Source: Dehalococcoidia bacterium
GTDB taxonomy: Bacteria > Chloroflexota > Dehalococcoidia > Plut-88900
NCBI GenBank assembly: GCA_965197645.1
Contig: OZ240219.1
Location: 2,400,001-2,464,000 of the forward strand
DNA: 64,000 nucleotides
Direction: 5' to 3'
Positions 19,633-29,114 of the stretch are shown one piece after another. The position numbers and the translations under genes are program-made. Each line of letters opens with the position of its first letter. Position 1 is the first letter of the stretch. The notes beneath the pieces were generated by a model that was not told where the DNA came from, made no database searches, and was given only the letters and a program-made list of their open reading frames with translations.

Positions 19633-20603
19633 TACGGCACCAGGGTCAGCAGAAACTCGTAGACGATGTTGGCCGCCAGTATCGACGTGATGTCCGCAGT
19701 ATCGTAGGGCGGCGCAACCTCCACTACATCGAAGCCCACAGCCCCGATCCCCCTGAGGCTTCTCACCAACGCCAGCGCCTCCCGGCTGGTGAAACCCGCC
19801 ACCTCCGGCGTTCCAGTGCCCGGTGCAAACGCCGGGTCCACAGAGTCGATGTCGAAGGAGATGTGTACCGGGTGGCCCTTGGTAACTTCCTTGATAATGG
19901 CCGCCGTCTCATCGGGTCCCTGCTTCCAGAACTCGTCGCCCGTTATAGAGGTGATGCCTGCGGCCCGTACCGTGTCCACCAGTGCCAGCGATCCGCCGCC
20001 CCTGATGCCCACCTGCACCGAGCTGTGCGGGTCCATAACCCCCTCCTCGGCGGCCATGTAGAACATGGTGCCGTGGTGGTAGGGGTGCTCCGGGTCCTCC
20101 GGCTTCCAGAAATCGGGGTGAGCGTCGAAGTGGACCAGGGAAATCTTGCCGTATTTCTTATAGAGCGCCCTGAGAATCGGTAGTGAGATGGCGTGGTCGC
20201 CGCCCAAGCAGACGGGAAAAGCATCTCCGTCGATGACCTTAGTTACCGCAGCCTCCATCTTCTCGGCTGCGAACTCAATGTACCCGATGGGCATCTCCAC
20301 GTCACCGTAGTCGACTATACGCAGGCTCTTGAACGGCTCGACCAGGTGCTCCCTCTTCAGATCGTGGGTAGGGACATGGGCCGTGGCGTTGCGTATCCCC
20401 TTGGGCCCATAGCGCGTTCCGGCGCGCATGGTAGTGCCCAGGTCCATCGGCATCCCGATGATCGCCACGTCGGCTTTGGTCATGTCCCGGCTGCCGGGCA
20501 CCCGCATGAAGGTGTAGGGTCCCGAGAAAAAGTTGCCTCCCTGCCACTCCTCGGGCATCAGCCGGCGCTTTGGGGGCTTACGTTTCGGTGTTTCGGAAGC
20601 CAT
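19632..20603 (-). CDS. Ureohydrolase (agmatinase/guanidinobutyrase family), paralog 2
   Basis: Motifs GGDHAIS, DAHPD, HHGT, SFDIDSVDP, GTGTPE, DVVEVAPPYD. Confidence 0.92.
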   Translation of the reverse strand: MASETPKRKPPKRRLMPEEWQGGNFFSGPYTFMRVPGSRDMTKADVAIIGMPMDLGTTMRAGTRYGPKGIRNATAHVPTHDLKREHLVEPFKSLRIVDYGDVEMPIGYIEFAAEKMEAAVTKVIDGDAFPVCLGGDHAISLPILRALYKKYGKISLVHFDAHPDFWKPEDPEHPYHHGTMFYMAAEEGVMDPHSSVQVGIRGGGSLALVDTVRAAGITSITGDEFWKQGPDETAAIIKEVTKGHPVHISFDIDSVDPAFAPGTGTPEVAGFTSREALALVRSLRGIGAVGFDVVEVAPPYDTADITSILAANIVYEFLLTLVP

Positions 20604-20622
20604 CCGTTTCTCCGATCTTTCT

Positions 20623-21600
20623 CTAGGTTAGCCGGGTCAGCAGAAATTCGTAGATGATGTTAGCCGCCAGGATCGAGGTGATGTCGCCCTTGTTGTCATA
20701 AGGTGGCGCCACCTCGACTATATCGAAGCCCACGGCCCCGATCCCTACGAGGCTTCTCACCAATGCTAGCGCCTCCCGGCTGGTGATCCCGGCCGTCTCG
20801 GGTGTTCCGGTCCCCGGAGCGTAGGCTGGGTCCACGGAATCGATGTCGAAGGAGATGTGTACGGGGTGCCCCTCCGTCACTTCCCTGATCTTGGCCGCCG
20901 TCTCGTCGGGGCCCATCTTCCAGAACTCATCTCCCGTTATCGACGTGATACCCGCTTTCCGCACTTCGCCAAGGAGGTCTAGCGAGCCGCCGCCCCTGAT
21001 GCCCACCTGCACCGAGCTGTGCGTGTCCATTATCCCTTCCTGGGCAGCTATGTAGAACATGGTGCCGTGCTCGTAGGGGTGGTCCGGGTCTTCGGGCTTC
21101 CAGAAGTCGGGATGGGCGTCGAAGTGGACCAGGGAAATCTTGCCGTGTTTCTTGTAGAGGGCTCTCAGAATCGGCAGCGAGATGGTGTGGTCGCCGCCCA
21201 GGCAGACGGGAAAAGCATCTCCATCGATTACCTTAGTTACCGCAGCCTCCAGCCGCTCGATGGCCAGCTCGATGTACCCGTAGGGCATGGTTACGTCGCC
21301 GTAGTCGATGATTCTCAGGCTCTTGAACGGCTCTACGAGGTCGGTTCTCTTCAAACCGTGCTTGGGAATGTGGGTGGAAGCGCTTCGAATCCCCTTGGGT
21401 CCGTAGCGGGTCCCGGAGCGCATAGTCGTGCCGAGGTCCAGCGGCATCCCGATGATGGCCACGTCCGCCTTGGTCATGTCCCGGCTGCCCGGTACCCTGG
21501 CGAAGGTGGACATGTTGGAGTAGGAATTGCCGTCCTGCCACTCCTGGGGCATCAGCCGCCGTCTAGGAGCGCGGCGTATTGGCCCGTCAGCCGAAGTCAT
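20623..21600 (-). CDS. Ureohydrolase (agmatinase/guanidinobutyrase family), paralog 1
   Basis: Motifs GGDHTIS, DAHPD, EHGT, SFDIDSVDP, GTGTPE. Confidence 0.92.
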   Translation of the reverse strand: MTSADGPIRRAPRRRLMPQEWQDGNSYSNMSTFARVPGSRDMTKADVAIIGMPLDLGTTMRSGTRYGPKGIRSASTHIPKHGLKRTDLVEPFKSLRIIDYGDVTMPYGYIELAIERLEAAVTKVIDGDAFPVCLGGDHTISLPILRALYKKHGKISLVHFDAHPDFWKPEDPDHPYEHGTMFYIAAQEGIMDTHSSVQVGIRGGGSLDLLGEVRKAGITSITGDEFWKMGPDETAAKIREVTEGHPVHISFDIDSVDPAYAPGTGTPETAGITSREALALVRSLVGIGAVGFDIVEVAPPYDNKGDITSILAANIIYEFLLTRLT

Positions 21601-21609
21601 GAAGTCCCC

Positions 21610-22743
21610 CTATTCCAGCGCGAGAGTTTCCATGACCCACCGATTGAACCGGTGCAGCGAGCCTTCCTGCGGCGCGTAGATGCCTCGCTGGTAGGCCTTG
21701 GACTGTACGCCTGTCTGCTCCATCTCGCAGACCTCCCAGTCCTCCACGTTCACCGTGTCCCAGAACTGGACGATATCGTCCGGATTGAAGTCACTTCGCT
21801 CCATCGTGGACGGCTCGAACAGCCACTCGCAAACCACCTTTGTCTTGCCCGGCCCTTCCGGCCAGATGGCGTGGGTCATCACGCAGTCGGGATGTAGGTT
21901 CACCAGCAGGTTGGGCAGCAGGGTCCCGCCCCCGTAGGTGTTCTTCTCCGACTCGTTCAAGCCAGGAAACAAGGGCCGGTTGGATTTGCCGTTGGGAGTG
22001 AAGGTATAGCCGTTGTCTACTATGTAGTTGCCGTGGGCGTCGTCCGGCTCGGTCAGGATGCCCTTGCGATAGACGGGCACGATGTCGCACAGGGCGGGAT
22101 GTACCCCCGGGCAGTGGAGGCACTCCGAATAGTTCTCTACGATGATCTTCCAGTTGGCCTTTACATCGTAGGTGATGATCTTGCCCACCTGCAGATCGGC
22201 TATCGGATAGTTCCTCATCCGGTCTTCGTAGTAGCCAAGCTGGTCCCGTATTGGCTTGGGATTGTCCGATAAGTTGACGAACAGGAACCCGTTCATTGTC
22301 TCGATGGGAGCCGAGAACAGCGGGTAGTCCTTCATATCGAAGTCGTCGGTCTCCACCATGTTGGGAGTGGCCAGCAGCTTCCCATCCAGACCGTAGGTCC
22401 AGCCGTGGTACTTACAGGCGAAGGCCCCCCCGTTGAAGCGGCCCTGTGCCTCCTGGCAAAGCTTGGTGCCCCGGTGCCGGCAGACGTTGTAGAAGGCGTG
22501 CACCTCGCCCCTTTTGTCCCGGGTGATGATGGCGCTCTCATCCACTATCTGGCGCACCATGTAGTCGCCCGCGTTGGGGATTTCGTTGGCACGCCCCACG
22601 TAGAACCACATGTCGTGGAAGATAAGTTCCTTCTCCCGCTGGTATATCGCTTCTTCGTAGTAGTAGCGACTGGGGATAGTGGGCTCGCAACGGTCCAGGA
22701 ACTCCCACGATTCGTGCGATTGGTGCTTCTCTTCGATTACCAT
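21610..22743 (-). CDS. Rieske non-heme iron oxygenase alpha subunit (GbcA/choline monooxygenase-like)
   Basis: Rieske ligands NVCRHRG..CKYHGW; Fe site ENYSECLHCPGVH and ED..VCE. Confidence 0.9.
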   Translation of the reverse strand: MVIEEKHQSHESWEFLDRCEPTIPSRYYYEEAIYQREKELIFHDMWFYVGRANEIPNAGDYMVRQIVDESAIITRDKRGEVHAFYNVCRHRGTKLCQEAQGRFNGGAFACKYHGWTYGLDGKLLATPNMVETDDFDMKDYPLFSAPIETMNGFLFVNLSDNPKPIRDQLGYYEDRMRNYPIADLQVGKIITYDVKANWKIIVENYSECLHCPGVHPALCDIVPVYRKGILTEPDDAHGNYIVDNGYTFTPNGKSNRPLFPGLNESEKNTYGGGTLLPNLLVNLHPDCVMTHAIWPEGPGKTKVVCEWLFEPSTMERSDFNPDDIVQFWDTVNVEDWEVCEMEQTGVQSKAYQRGIYAPQEGSLHRFNRWVMETLALE

Positions 22744-22758
22744 ACCGGGTCTCCTTCG

Positions 22759-24318
22759 TTAGCTGACCTGTTGGTGGGCCACGACCTTGGCCAGGTCCTT
22801 GAGTATGGCCTTGGCGGCGTTGTGCCCGGGGGCCCCGGTAATATCCCCGCCCGGATGAGTGCTGGACCCGCACATGTACATCCGGTCTATGGGCGCTCGA
22901 TAGGGCATACGCCGTGCAAATATCTGGTGGGAGTTTATATCTATGTGACGGATGTTGCCGTCGGTCATCCCCTCTCGAATCTCTATGTCCTTCGGGGTCT
23001 GGGCCGTCCAGTCAACCAGCAGTTCCCGGAAGTTGGGCGCGTACTGGGACATGATATCGATTATCAGCTCGCCCACCTTCTGGGCCTCATCGTCCCAGGA
23101 CCCATCCGATAGCCGGGCTGGATAGTATCGGCACCAGGCCGAGAAGACGTGGTGTCCCGGCGGGGCCAGGGACGGGTCGTAGATCGAGGGTATCTGCACG
23201 TCCATCACGGGGAACGGCGAGGATTTACCCGCCTTGGCGTGGTCCCAGCTGTCCTGGCAGTAGTCGGCCGATGGGCAGATGGTGATCTGGGCTATCCGCC
23301 GCGGATCGTAGTCGTTGCCCAGGTAGCTGCTGAAGTCGGGCAGGCCGTTCAGCGCCGCCAGGAACTTGACGCAGTTCCCGCGAGTGGATAGGTTCTCCAC
23401 CTTGTGGATGAACTCTTCGTCCAGGTGCTCCGGGTCCACCAGGGACAGGTAGGTGGTCTTGGGATCGGCGTTGGATACAACGATGAAGCTTCGAACCTCC
23501 TCGCCGTCGGCCATCTTCACGCCCTTGGCCACACCCTTCTCGACAATCACCCTGTCCACCCTCGAGCCGGTCCTGATCTCCACGCCCCTGGCCTGGGCGG
23601 ACTTGGCCATGGACTGGGTGATCTGGCCGATGCCGCCCTTCGGTATGCCGATGTCCTCGGGCCGGCTGAACTCGGACGCGTGCTCGTAAGCGGTGCTGAT
23701 GATGCTGCCCGGTCCGCTGGGGTCGCCTTCGCCTACCGGATCGATAAAGTGGGCCTTCACGTACTCCGACTCGAAATACCGGTCTATCAGGTCCCGCTGA
23801 CTGAGGGTGAGCATCGTATCCCACACCTCTTCGTCCCGGGTGCCCCGCACGTCCTCGTATACCTGGGCCAGCGTCGGCGGTTCCTGGAGCCAGTAGCGAT
23901 GCAGGATGCCCGCCGCCTGCTCCCAGAACTCTTTCCACTCCGGGAATGCCCGGGCGTCGTGCTCCGAAAACTTGGCGATGTCCGTAACCGCAGACTCCAG
24001 GTCGCCCCGGCCCCCCAGTTGAAGGTAACTGCCATCGGGGAACGGGTGCAGGTGGCCTTCGGTGGTCTGGATCACATCAAAGCCGTACTCCCGCAGCTCC
24101 AGGTCGTCGATAATCCTCCCCTGCAACAGGTAGACGATGTAGGCGCAGTATGGGACGAAGAACCCGGGGGTCAGCTCCTCGGTTACCACCGCGCCGCCCA
24201 CCACATCCTGTCGTTCCAGCACGAGAACGGAGAGCCCCTCGCCGGCCAGGTAACCGGCGGTCACGAGCCCATTATGCCCGGAACCGATGATTATGGCGTC
24301 GTACTGGGTCTGCTCCAT
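22759..24318 (-). CDS. Phytoene-dehydrogenase-like NAD(P)/FAD oxidoreductase, paralog 2
   Basis: Motifs IIGSGHNGL and YMCGSSTHPGG; same 519-aa length as 17648-19207 and colinear with it. Confidence 0.88.
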   Translation of the reverse strand: MEQTQYDAIIIGSGHNGLVTAGYLAGEGLSVLVLERQDVVGGAVVTEELTPGFFVPYCAYIVYLLQGRIIDDLELREYGFDVIQTTEGHLHPFPDGSYLQLGGRGDLESAVTDIAKFSEHDARAFPEWKEFWEQAAGILHRYWLQEPPTLAQVYEDVRGTRDEEVWDTMLTLSQRDLIDRYFESEYVKAHFIDPVGEGDPSGPGSIISTAYEHASEFSRPEDIGIPKGGIGQITQSMAKSAQARGVEIRTGSRVDRVIVEKGVAKGVKMADGEEVRSFIVVSNADPKTTYLSLVDPEHLDEEFIHKVENLSTRGNCVKFLAALNGLPDFSSYLGNDYDPRRIAQITICPSADYCQDSWDHAKAGKSSPFPVMDVQIPSIYDPSLAPPGHHVFSAWCRYYPARLSDGSWDDEAQKVGELIIDIMSQYAPNFRELLVDWTAQTPKDIEIREGMTDGNIRHIDINSHQIFARRMPYRAPIDRMYMCGSSTHPGGDITGAPGHNAAKAILKDLAKVVAHQQVS

Positions 24319-24525
24319 TGGCCTGTCTCCCGGCGTGGACTGGTGAGCGTGAGATCGGAGATGACGGAGGCTATCTTACCACACGGCCCAGCCTTTGAAC
24401 GAGATCAGACCCGAACAAGGCTTGCCTTGTTGGCACACCCGGAAACGCTAGAACCCTCCAGAAGGGCGCTTGGGGATGGACGTTCCATTTGCTAAAGCCC
24501 TCCATACAGCAAGCCGATGAAACAC

Positions 24526-24685
24526 GGGGTGTGCAGAGGGGCGAAGCAAGTTCTTCTGAGACTGCCTGCTGGGGGCCGGGAGTCTGAGAGCCTGCCCTGA
24601 GTCAGCCGAAGGGGTGTCCCTCAGAAACCATATCTTTTTCCCCCCTTCCTGGCCAGGAAGGGGGCCAGGGGGATGGTTGAAAAGA
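24526..24685. repeat. Family B repeat carrying the 24-nt module C insert (24589-24612)
   Basis: Matches 565-680 except for the insert AGCCTGCCCTGAGTCAGCCGAAGG; palindrome CCCCTTCCTGGCCAGGAAGGGG. Confidence 0.85.
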
Positions 24686-24817
24686 TTCTTCAACCCTCGA
24701 CAAGGCATTGGGGCGAAAATAGCAAACATGGTTCTCAACCAACCTCCGTCCCCAATTGTTGCCGGCGTTGGAAGACTGTAGAATGCATGCACACGGAGGA
24801 CACTAGGCCCGCTCAGG

Positions 24818-25963
24818 ATGGACACGACGATGCTAGGCGTCAAATCTGAGGGAATCATCACCGCCGACGAGATTGTGGCGGCTACCCTCCCGCCGTCTCA
24901 GGCCTCCACCCTACCACCTCGGTGCTATGCCTCGCCCGAGATATACGATCTGGAGCTGGAGCGAATATATCGCAGAAATTGGCAGCTGGTCGGCCGGGTC
25001 GAGGAGGTGGCGGCACCCGGTGATTACTTTTGCATAGACGTGGCCAACGAGCCCCTCGTAGTCGTCCGCGACAGGAGCGGCCGGGTCCGGATCCTATCGC
25101 GGGTATGTCGACACCGGTGGGCACACGTCATCGACGGGCACGGCAACACCTCCTCTTTCCAGTGCCCCTATCACGCCTGGACGTACGACCTGGATGGCAG
25201 GCTCATGGGCGCGCCGGAGATGAAAGACACGGCGAACTTCGATACGGCGCTGCACTGCTTGCCTTCCCTACCCACAGAGGTATGGGAAGGGTTCATATTC
25301 GTCAATCTGGACCCGCAGGCCCGGCCCCTGAGACCGGAGCTGGCCACCCTCTCCAAGAGGTTGAGTAACTATCGGCTTGACGATATGCAGTTGGTCTACA
25401 CCAAACAGTTCGATGGCCGCTGGAACTGGAAGGTGTTCGTGGACAACTTCAACGAGTTCTATCACCATCTGGGCCTCCACAAGGACACCCTGCAGGACGT
25501 TAGCCCAGCCCACCACACTGTGGTCGAAGATACCGATGGGCCCTATTGCTTCCAACGCCTACGGATGACCGACGACGGGGGAGATTACGCCCTCCTTCCC
25601 CAGATAGAGGTCCTTACCTCGGAGCAGGTCGAGGAGGTCGTACTGGTCACCCTGTTCCCAAACTTTCTACTGATTCTCCTGGCAAATTGCATCACCTACT
25701 TCCGAGTCCTCCCTTCAGAGACCGAAGAGACCTACCTGACCTTGAACATCGCCGTTCCCCGGACATCCCTCGGCGTGCCCGACTTCCAGGACCGGTTGAA
25801 GACGATAACCGAGAGCACCCTGGAGTTCCACTACCAAGACATGGCGATCTGCGATGCCGTGCAGAGCGGCCTCAAGTCAAGCATGGCAAAACAGGGCCGG
25901 CTGTCGTGGATAGAGAAGTCCCTGTGGCAGTTCAACCAGTGGTATCTGGAAATGATGGCATAG
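24818..25963 (+). CDS. Rieske non-heme iron oxygenase alpha subunit (CntA/GbcA-like group)
   Basis: Motifs VCRHRW..CPYHAW, WNWK..DNFNEFYHHLGLH, QDMAICDAVQSG. Confidence 0.9.
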   Translation: MDTTMLGVKSEGIITADEIVAATLPPSQASTLPPRCYASPEIYDLELERIYRRNWQLVGRVEEVAAPGDYFCIDVANEPLVVVRDRSGRVRILSRVCRHRWAHVIDGHGNTSSFQCPYHAWTYDLDGRLMGAPEMKDTANFDTALHCLPSLPTEVWEGFIFVNLDPQARPLRPELATLSKRLSNYRLDDMQLVYTKQFDGRWNWKVFVDNFNEFYHHLGLHKDTLQDVSPAHHTVVEDTDGPYCFQRLRMTDDGGDYALLPQIEVLTSEQVEEVVLVTLFPNFLLILLANCITYFRVLPSETEETYLTLNIAVPRTSLGVPDFQDRLKTITESTLEFHYQDMAICDAVQSGLKSSMAKQGRLSWIEKSLWQFNQWYLEMMA

Positions 25964-25993
25964 AGATGAGTCAGTCACCGAAATTCGCGTCCA

Positions 25994-26119
25994 GGGAGTC
26001 CAAAGGGCTTCGCCCTCCCTTGTCTGATATTATGGGTGCAGGGCCTCGCCCTGCCTCTGGCAGGGGGCTTGGGGGCCGTTCCCCCAGTTAAACTAATGTC
26101 CGAGGGCGGGCGGTTGGGA
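25994..26119. repeat. Family D repeat carrying module E insert (about 26018-26055)
   Basis: D arms GGGAGTCCAAAGGG and CCTCTGGCAGGGGG flank CCTTGTCT..TTATGGGTGCAGGGCCTCGCCCTGCC, which stands alone at 19590-19632. Confidence 0.75.
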
Positions 26120-26153
26120 CAGCGATGCTAGATTGTTTGAGGCAAACGGAACG

Positions 26154-27011
26154 ATGAAAGACTTCAAGGACAAGGTAGCAGTCATCACCGGCGCCGCCAG
26201 CGGCATCGGGTACGCGATCGCCGAAAAGGCAGTATCCGAAGGAGCGAAAGTCGTGCTCGCTGACGTGGAGGAGCAGGCCCTAGTCAAAGCCGAGGCGGAG
26301 CTGAAGGAGCAGGGAGGCTCCGTGCTTTCCGTGCTTACCGACGTGTCCAGGCCGGAGGACATAGAAGAAGTGGCCAAACAGACCCTGGACGCCTTCGGCG
26401 CTGCGCATCTGCTCTTCAACAACGCCGGCGTGGGAGCGGGCATGTCCGTCTGGCGCAGCACCATCGCCGACTGGCAGTGGGTCTTGAACGTCAACCTGTG
26501 GGGCGTGATCTACGGCATCAAGACCTTCGTGCCCATCATGAATGAGCAGGACACCGAGTGCCATATCGTCAACACCTCATCTCTGGCTGGGCTGGTCTCC
26601 TTCCCGGGCCTCGGGCCGTACAACATCACTAAGTTCGCCGTGGTAACCCTGTCCGAGACCCTCTACCACGAGCTTGCCCTGGAAAGGTCGAAGATCGGGG
26701 TCTCGGTACTGTGTCCCGGCTGGGTGAGCACCAGGATCATGGAGTCGGACCGCAACCGTCCTTCCCAGCTTCAGAACAGTCCATCGGAGGAAAGACGGTC
26801 CAGGGAGCAGGTCAACCGGGCGGCGGAGCTGAGAGATATGGCGAGAAACGGGACGCCACCCGCCGATATCGCCAGTGCGGTCTTCGAGGCGATGCGAGAA
26901 GAAAAGTTCTATATCCTTCCCCATCCCGAGGCGAACGCCTTAATAGAGCTTCGCATGGACGACATACTGAAGGGACGAAACCCGACTCCCCGTTCCGGTA
27001 TAGGGTCGTAG
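26154..27011 (+). CDS. Short-chain dehydrogenase/reductase
   Basis: Motifs ITGAASGIG, NNAGV, NTSS, YNITK (YxxxK), LCPG. Confidence 0.92.
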   Translation: MKDFKDKVAVITGAASGIGYAIAEKAVSEGAKVVLADVEEQALVKAEAELKEQGGSVLSVLTDVSRPEDIEEVAKQTLDAFGAAHLLFNNAGVGAGMSVWRSTIADWQWVLNVNLWGVIYGIKTFVPIMNEQDTECHIVNTSSLAGLVSFPGLGPYNITKFAVVTLSETLYHELALERSKIGVSVLCPGWVSTRIMESDRNRPSQLQNSPSEERRSREQVNRAAELRDMARNGTPPADIASAVFEAMREEKFYILPHPEANALIELRMDDILKGRNPTPRSGIGS

Positions 27012-27068
27012 GTAGAGGGCGGCAGGGCAGGCCTTGGCTCCCCTGCAATCCCTTAAAGGAGAGCACAC

Positions 27069-28220
27069 GTGTGGTTGCACTTCACCGAGGAAGAGCTGGC
27101 CCAGCGTAGACAAAAGACCATCGCCGAGATGACGGCTCGAGGGCTGGACGCGTTGCTGGTGTTCCGGCAGGAGAGCATGTACTACCTGACCGGGTACGAC
27201 ACCATGGGCTACTCCCAGTTCCAGGCCCTCTACCTCGGGGCCGATGGAACCCTGATCCTGCTGACCCGCTCTCCCGACCTGCGCCAGTCGAAATTCACCT
27301 CGGTAATCGAAGATGTCCGGATATGGGTCGATCGGGGCGGCGGAAACCCCGGACTGGACCTTTTGGACATCCTGAAAGGGCAGGGCTGCCGCGACAAGAA
27401 GCTTGGCGTCGAGCTCCACGCCTGGACCCTCACCGGTCAGCGGTGGGAGATGGTCAAGGCAGCCCTGGACGGCTTCTGCAGCTACGAGGATGCCACAGAC
27501 ATCGTCAATGAGCTGCGCATGGTCAAGAGCGACGCCGAGGTCGAGTACGTGAGAAAGGCCGCCGGTCTGGCCGATGCGGCACTGGCCGAGGCCCAGAAGC
27601 TGGCCACACCGGGCACTCCCGAGCAGGAGATCTTCGCCGGTATGCACTCGGTGATTTTCCGCGGCGGCGGAGACTATCCAGCCAGCCGGTTCATCATCGG
27701 AGCGGGCGAGCGGGCGCTCATGGTCCGCCATTTCACCGGCTACGGCACCATCGGCGACAACGACCAGATGCAGCTGGAGTTTGGCGCCACCTATCGCCAC
27801 TATCACTCATGCCTAATGCGGACGATACTTACCACGAAGGCGGACCCGCTCCACGTGCGGATGCACGCCGCCTGCGTCGATGCCTTGAAGGCCTGTCAAG
27901 AGGCGGCCGTACCCGGCGCCACCTACGGGGATGTCTTCGATGCTCACGCCCGCACCTTCGATGAAGCGGGATTCGGCGAGCACAAGCTGAACGCCTGTGG
28001 ATACAGCCTCGGCGCCCTCTATCCGCCGACCTGGATGGACTACCCTATGCTCTACGCGGCCAACCCGGTGGTTGTCCAGCCCAACATGGTGATCTTCATG
28101 CACATGATCCTGCTGGACAGCAACACCGGGCTCACGATGTCGATGGGAGAGACGTCCCTGATTACCGAGACCGGCTGTGAGAGCCTGTCCAAGATGCCGA
28201 AGGACCTGGTGGTCAACTAG
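27069..28220 (+). CDS. M24-fold hydrolase, creatinase/ectoine hydrolase (DoeA)-like
   Basis: Motifs ESMYYLTGY, RMVKSDAE, LEFGATYRHYHSCLMRT, GYSLGALYPPTW; AAGGAG before the GTG. Confidence 0.8.
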   Translation: MWLHFTEEELAQRRQKTIAEMTARGLDALLVFRQESMYYLTGYDTMGYSQFQALYLGADGTLILLTRSPDLRQSKFTSVIEDVRIWVDRGGGNPGLDLLDILKGQGCRDKKLGVELHAWTLTGQRWEMVKAALDGFCSYEDATDIVNELRMVKSDAEVEYVRKAAGLADAALAEAQKLATPGTPEQEIFAGMHSVIFRGGGDYPASRFIIGAGERALMVRHFTGYGTIGDNDQMQLEFGATYRHYHSCLMRTILTTKADPLHVRMHAACVDALKACQEAAVPGATYGDVFDAHARTFDEAGFGEHKLNACGYSLGALYPPTWMDYPMLYAANPVVVQPNMVIFMHMILLDSNTGLTMSMGETSLITETGCESLSKMPKDLVVN

Positions 28221-28240
28221 CGCGTCGCTTGCAACTACGG

Positions 28241-28283
28241 CCTCGTCATTGCGAGACCCGACAAAGTCGGGGCGTGGCAATCC
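28241..28283. repeat. Family A element
   Basis: CCTCGTCATTGCGAGACCCGACAAAGTCGGGGCGTGGCAATCC. Confidence 0.85.
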
Positions 28284-28376
28284 AGATTTTGACAGATTCC
28301 TCGGCCTCGAAACTTCTTTCCAGGAGTTCGATTACCTTAGCTGTTGTGTCTTTCCGTGCTCATATCATCCTGCTCT

Positions 28377-29114
28377 CTACTCCTGTGGGATAACAGGGGC
28401 GGTGATGACGTTCGGCTCCCCGTGGCCGGAGAGGGTGAAGGTGACGTCGACGTGGTGCTCCGGGAACCCGCCGCCCCTCGGCCTTAAATACTCCTGCCTG
28501 GCCTGAACCAGCCTCCCCGCCGAATCGATCCAGAACTCCCAGTTCTCGAAGGTTCCGGGGATCCCGCCAATCACGGTATGATCCGCTTCTGCTATGTAGT
28601 GTTTGACCGAGGTGTTGTCATCGCCGATGGTGACCGTTCCCAGGAACTGGACATCGGCCGGGTCCCAACTCCCGCAGAATGTCGGTGTGGGCGGGTCGAT
28701 GGATTTAGCTGTTGTGTCTTCGTCCGAGCGTGTGGAGGAGCTGGCCGGCGGGGTCAAAATCTCAATCTCTTCCCACGAGCCCCATTGCCCATTCTGCCCC
28801 GTCTCCCGTACGTACCACCTGCGGTCTACCCTTATCTCCTCGTATCCAGGGGGCTGGTCTTTGTAGCGGCTGGTCTGGTGCATGGAATCCCCATGGATAC
28901 GGCCTTCGATGACTGTATGCACCGTCGTATCGCTCTTCCGATCAGCACCGGTGATGGTGAAGTCAACATCGGTGTACTCAGCGGTACAGGCGTCCCCCAC
29001 CGCGACCGCGGCTTCGACCGGCGTCGCCGTGCGACATGATAGTGTCACCATCATCGCCGCAGCCAGCATTAGGGCCACAACGCTCAACCTCGGATACAGT
29101 TTCGCTGACCTCAT
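28377..29114 (-). CDS. Hypothetical lipoprotein, possibly LppX/LprAFG/LolA-like beta fold
   Basis: ATG at 29114 overlaps the upstream TGA (ATGA); signal peptide ends VTLSC; motifs FLGTVTIG..VKHY, EFWIDSAGRL, SGHGEPNVITAP. Confidence 0.7.
   Translation of the reverse strand: MRSAKLYPRLSVVALMLAAAMMVTLSCRTATPVEAAVAVGDACTAEYTDVDFTITGADRKSDTTVHTVIEGRIHGDSMHQTSRYKDQPPGYEEIRVDRRWYVRETGQNGQWGSWEEIEILTPPASSSTRSDEDTTAKSIDPPTPTFCGSWDPADVQFLGTVTIGDDNTSVKHYIAEADHTVIGGIPGTFENWEFWIDSAGRLVQARQEYLRPRGGGFPEHHVDVTFTLSGHGEPNVITAPVIPQE

Noticed and set aside
17648-24318. Carotenoid biosynthesis (crtI/crtO)
   Set aside because: There are no crtB, crtE or crtY genes nearby; the context is amine/guanidine catabolism, so only a family-level call is made.
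24448-24861. Short ORFs across intergenic repeats (24448..24861, 17257..17589, 19093..19450, 28177..28506)
   Set aside because: They are translations of the palindromic repeats with no protein-like signal.
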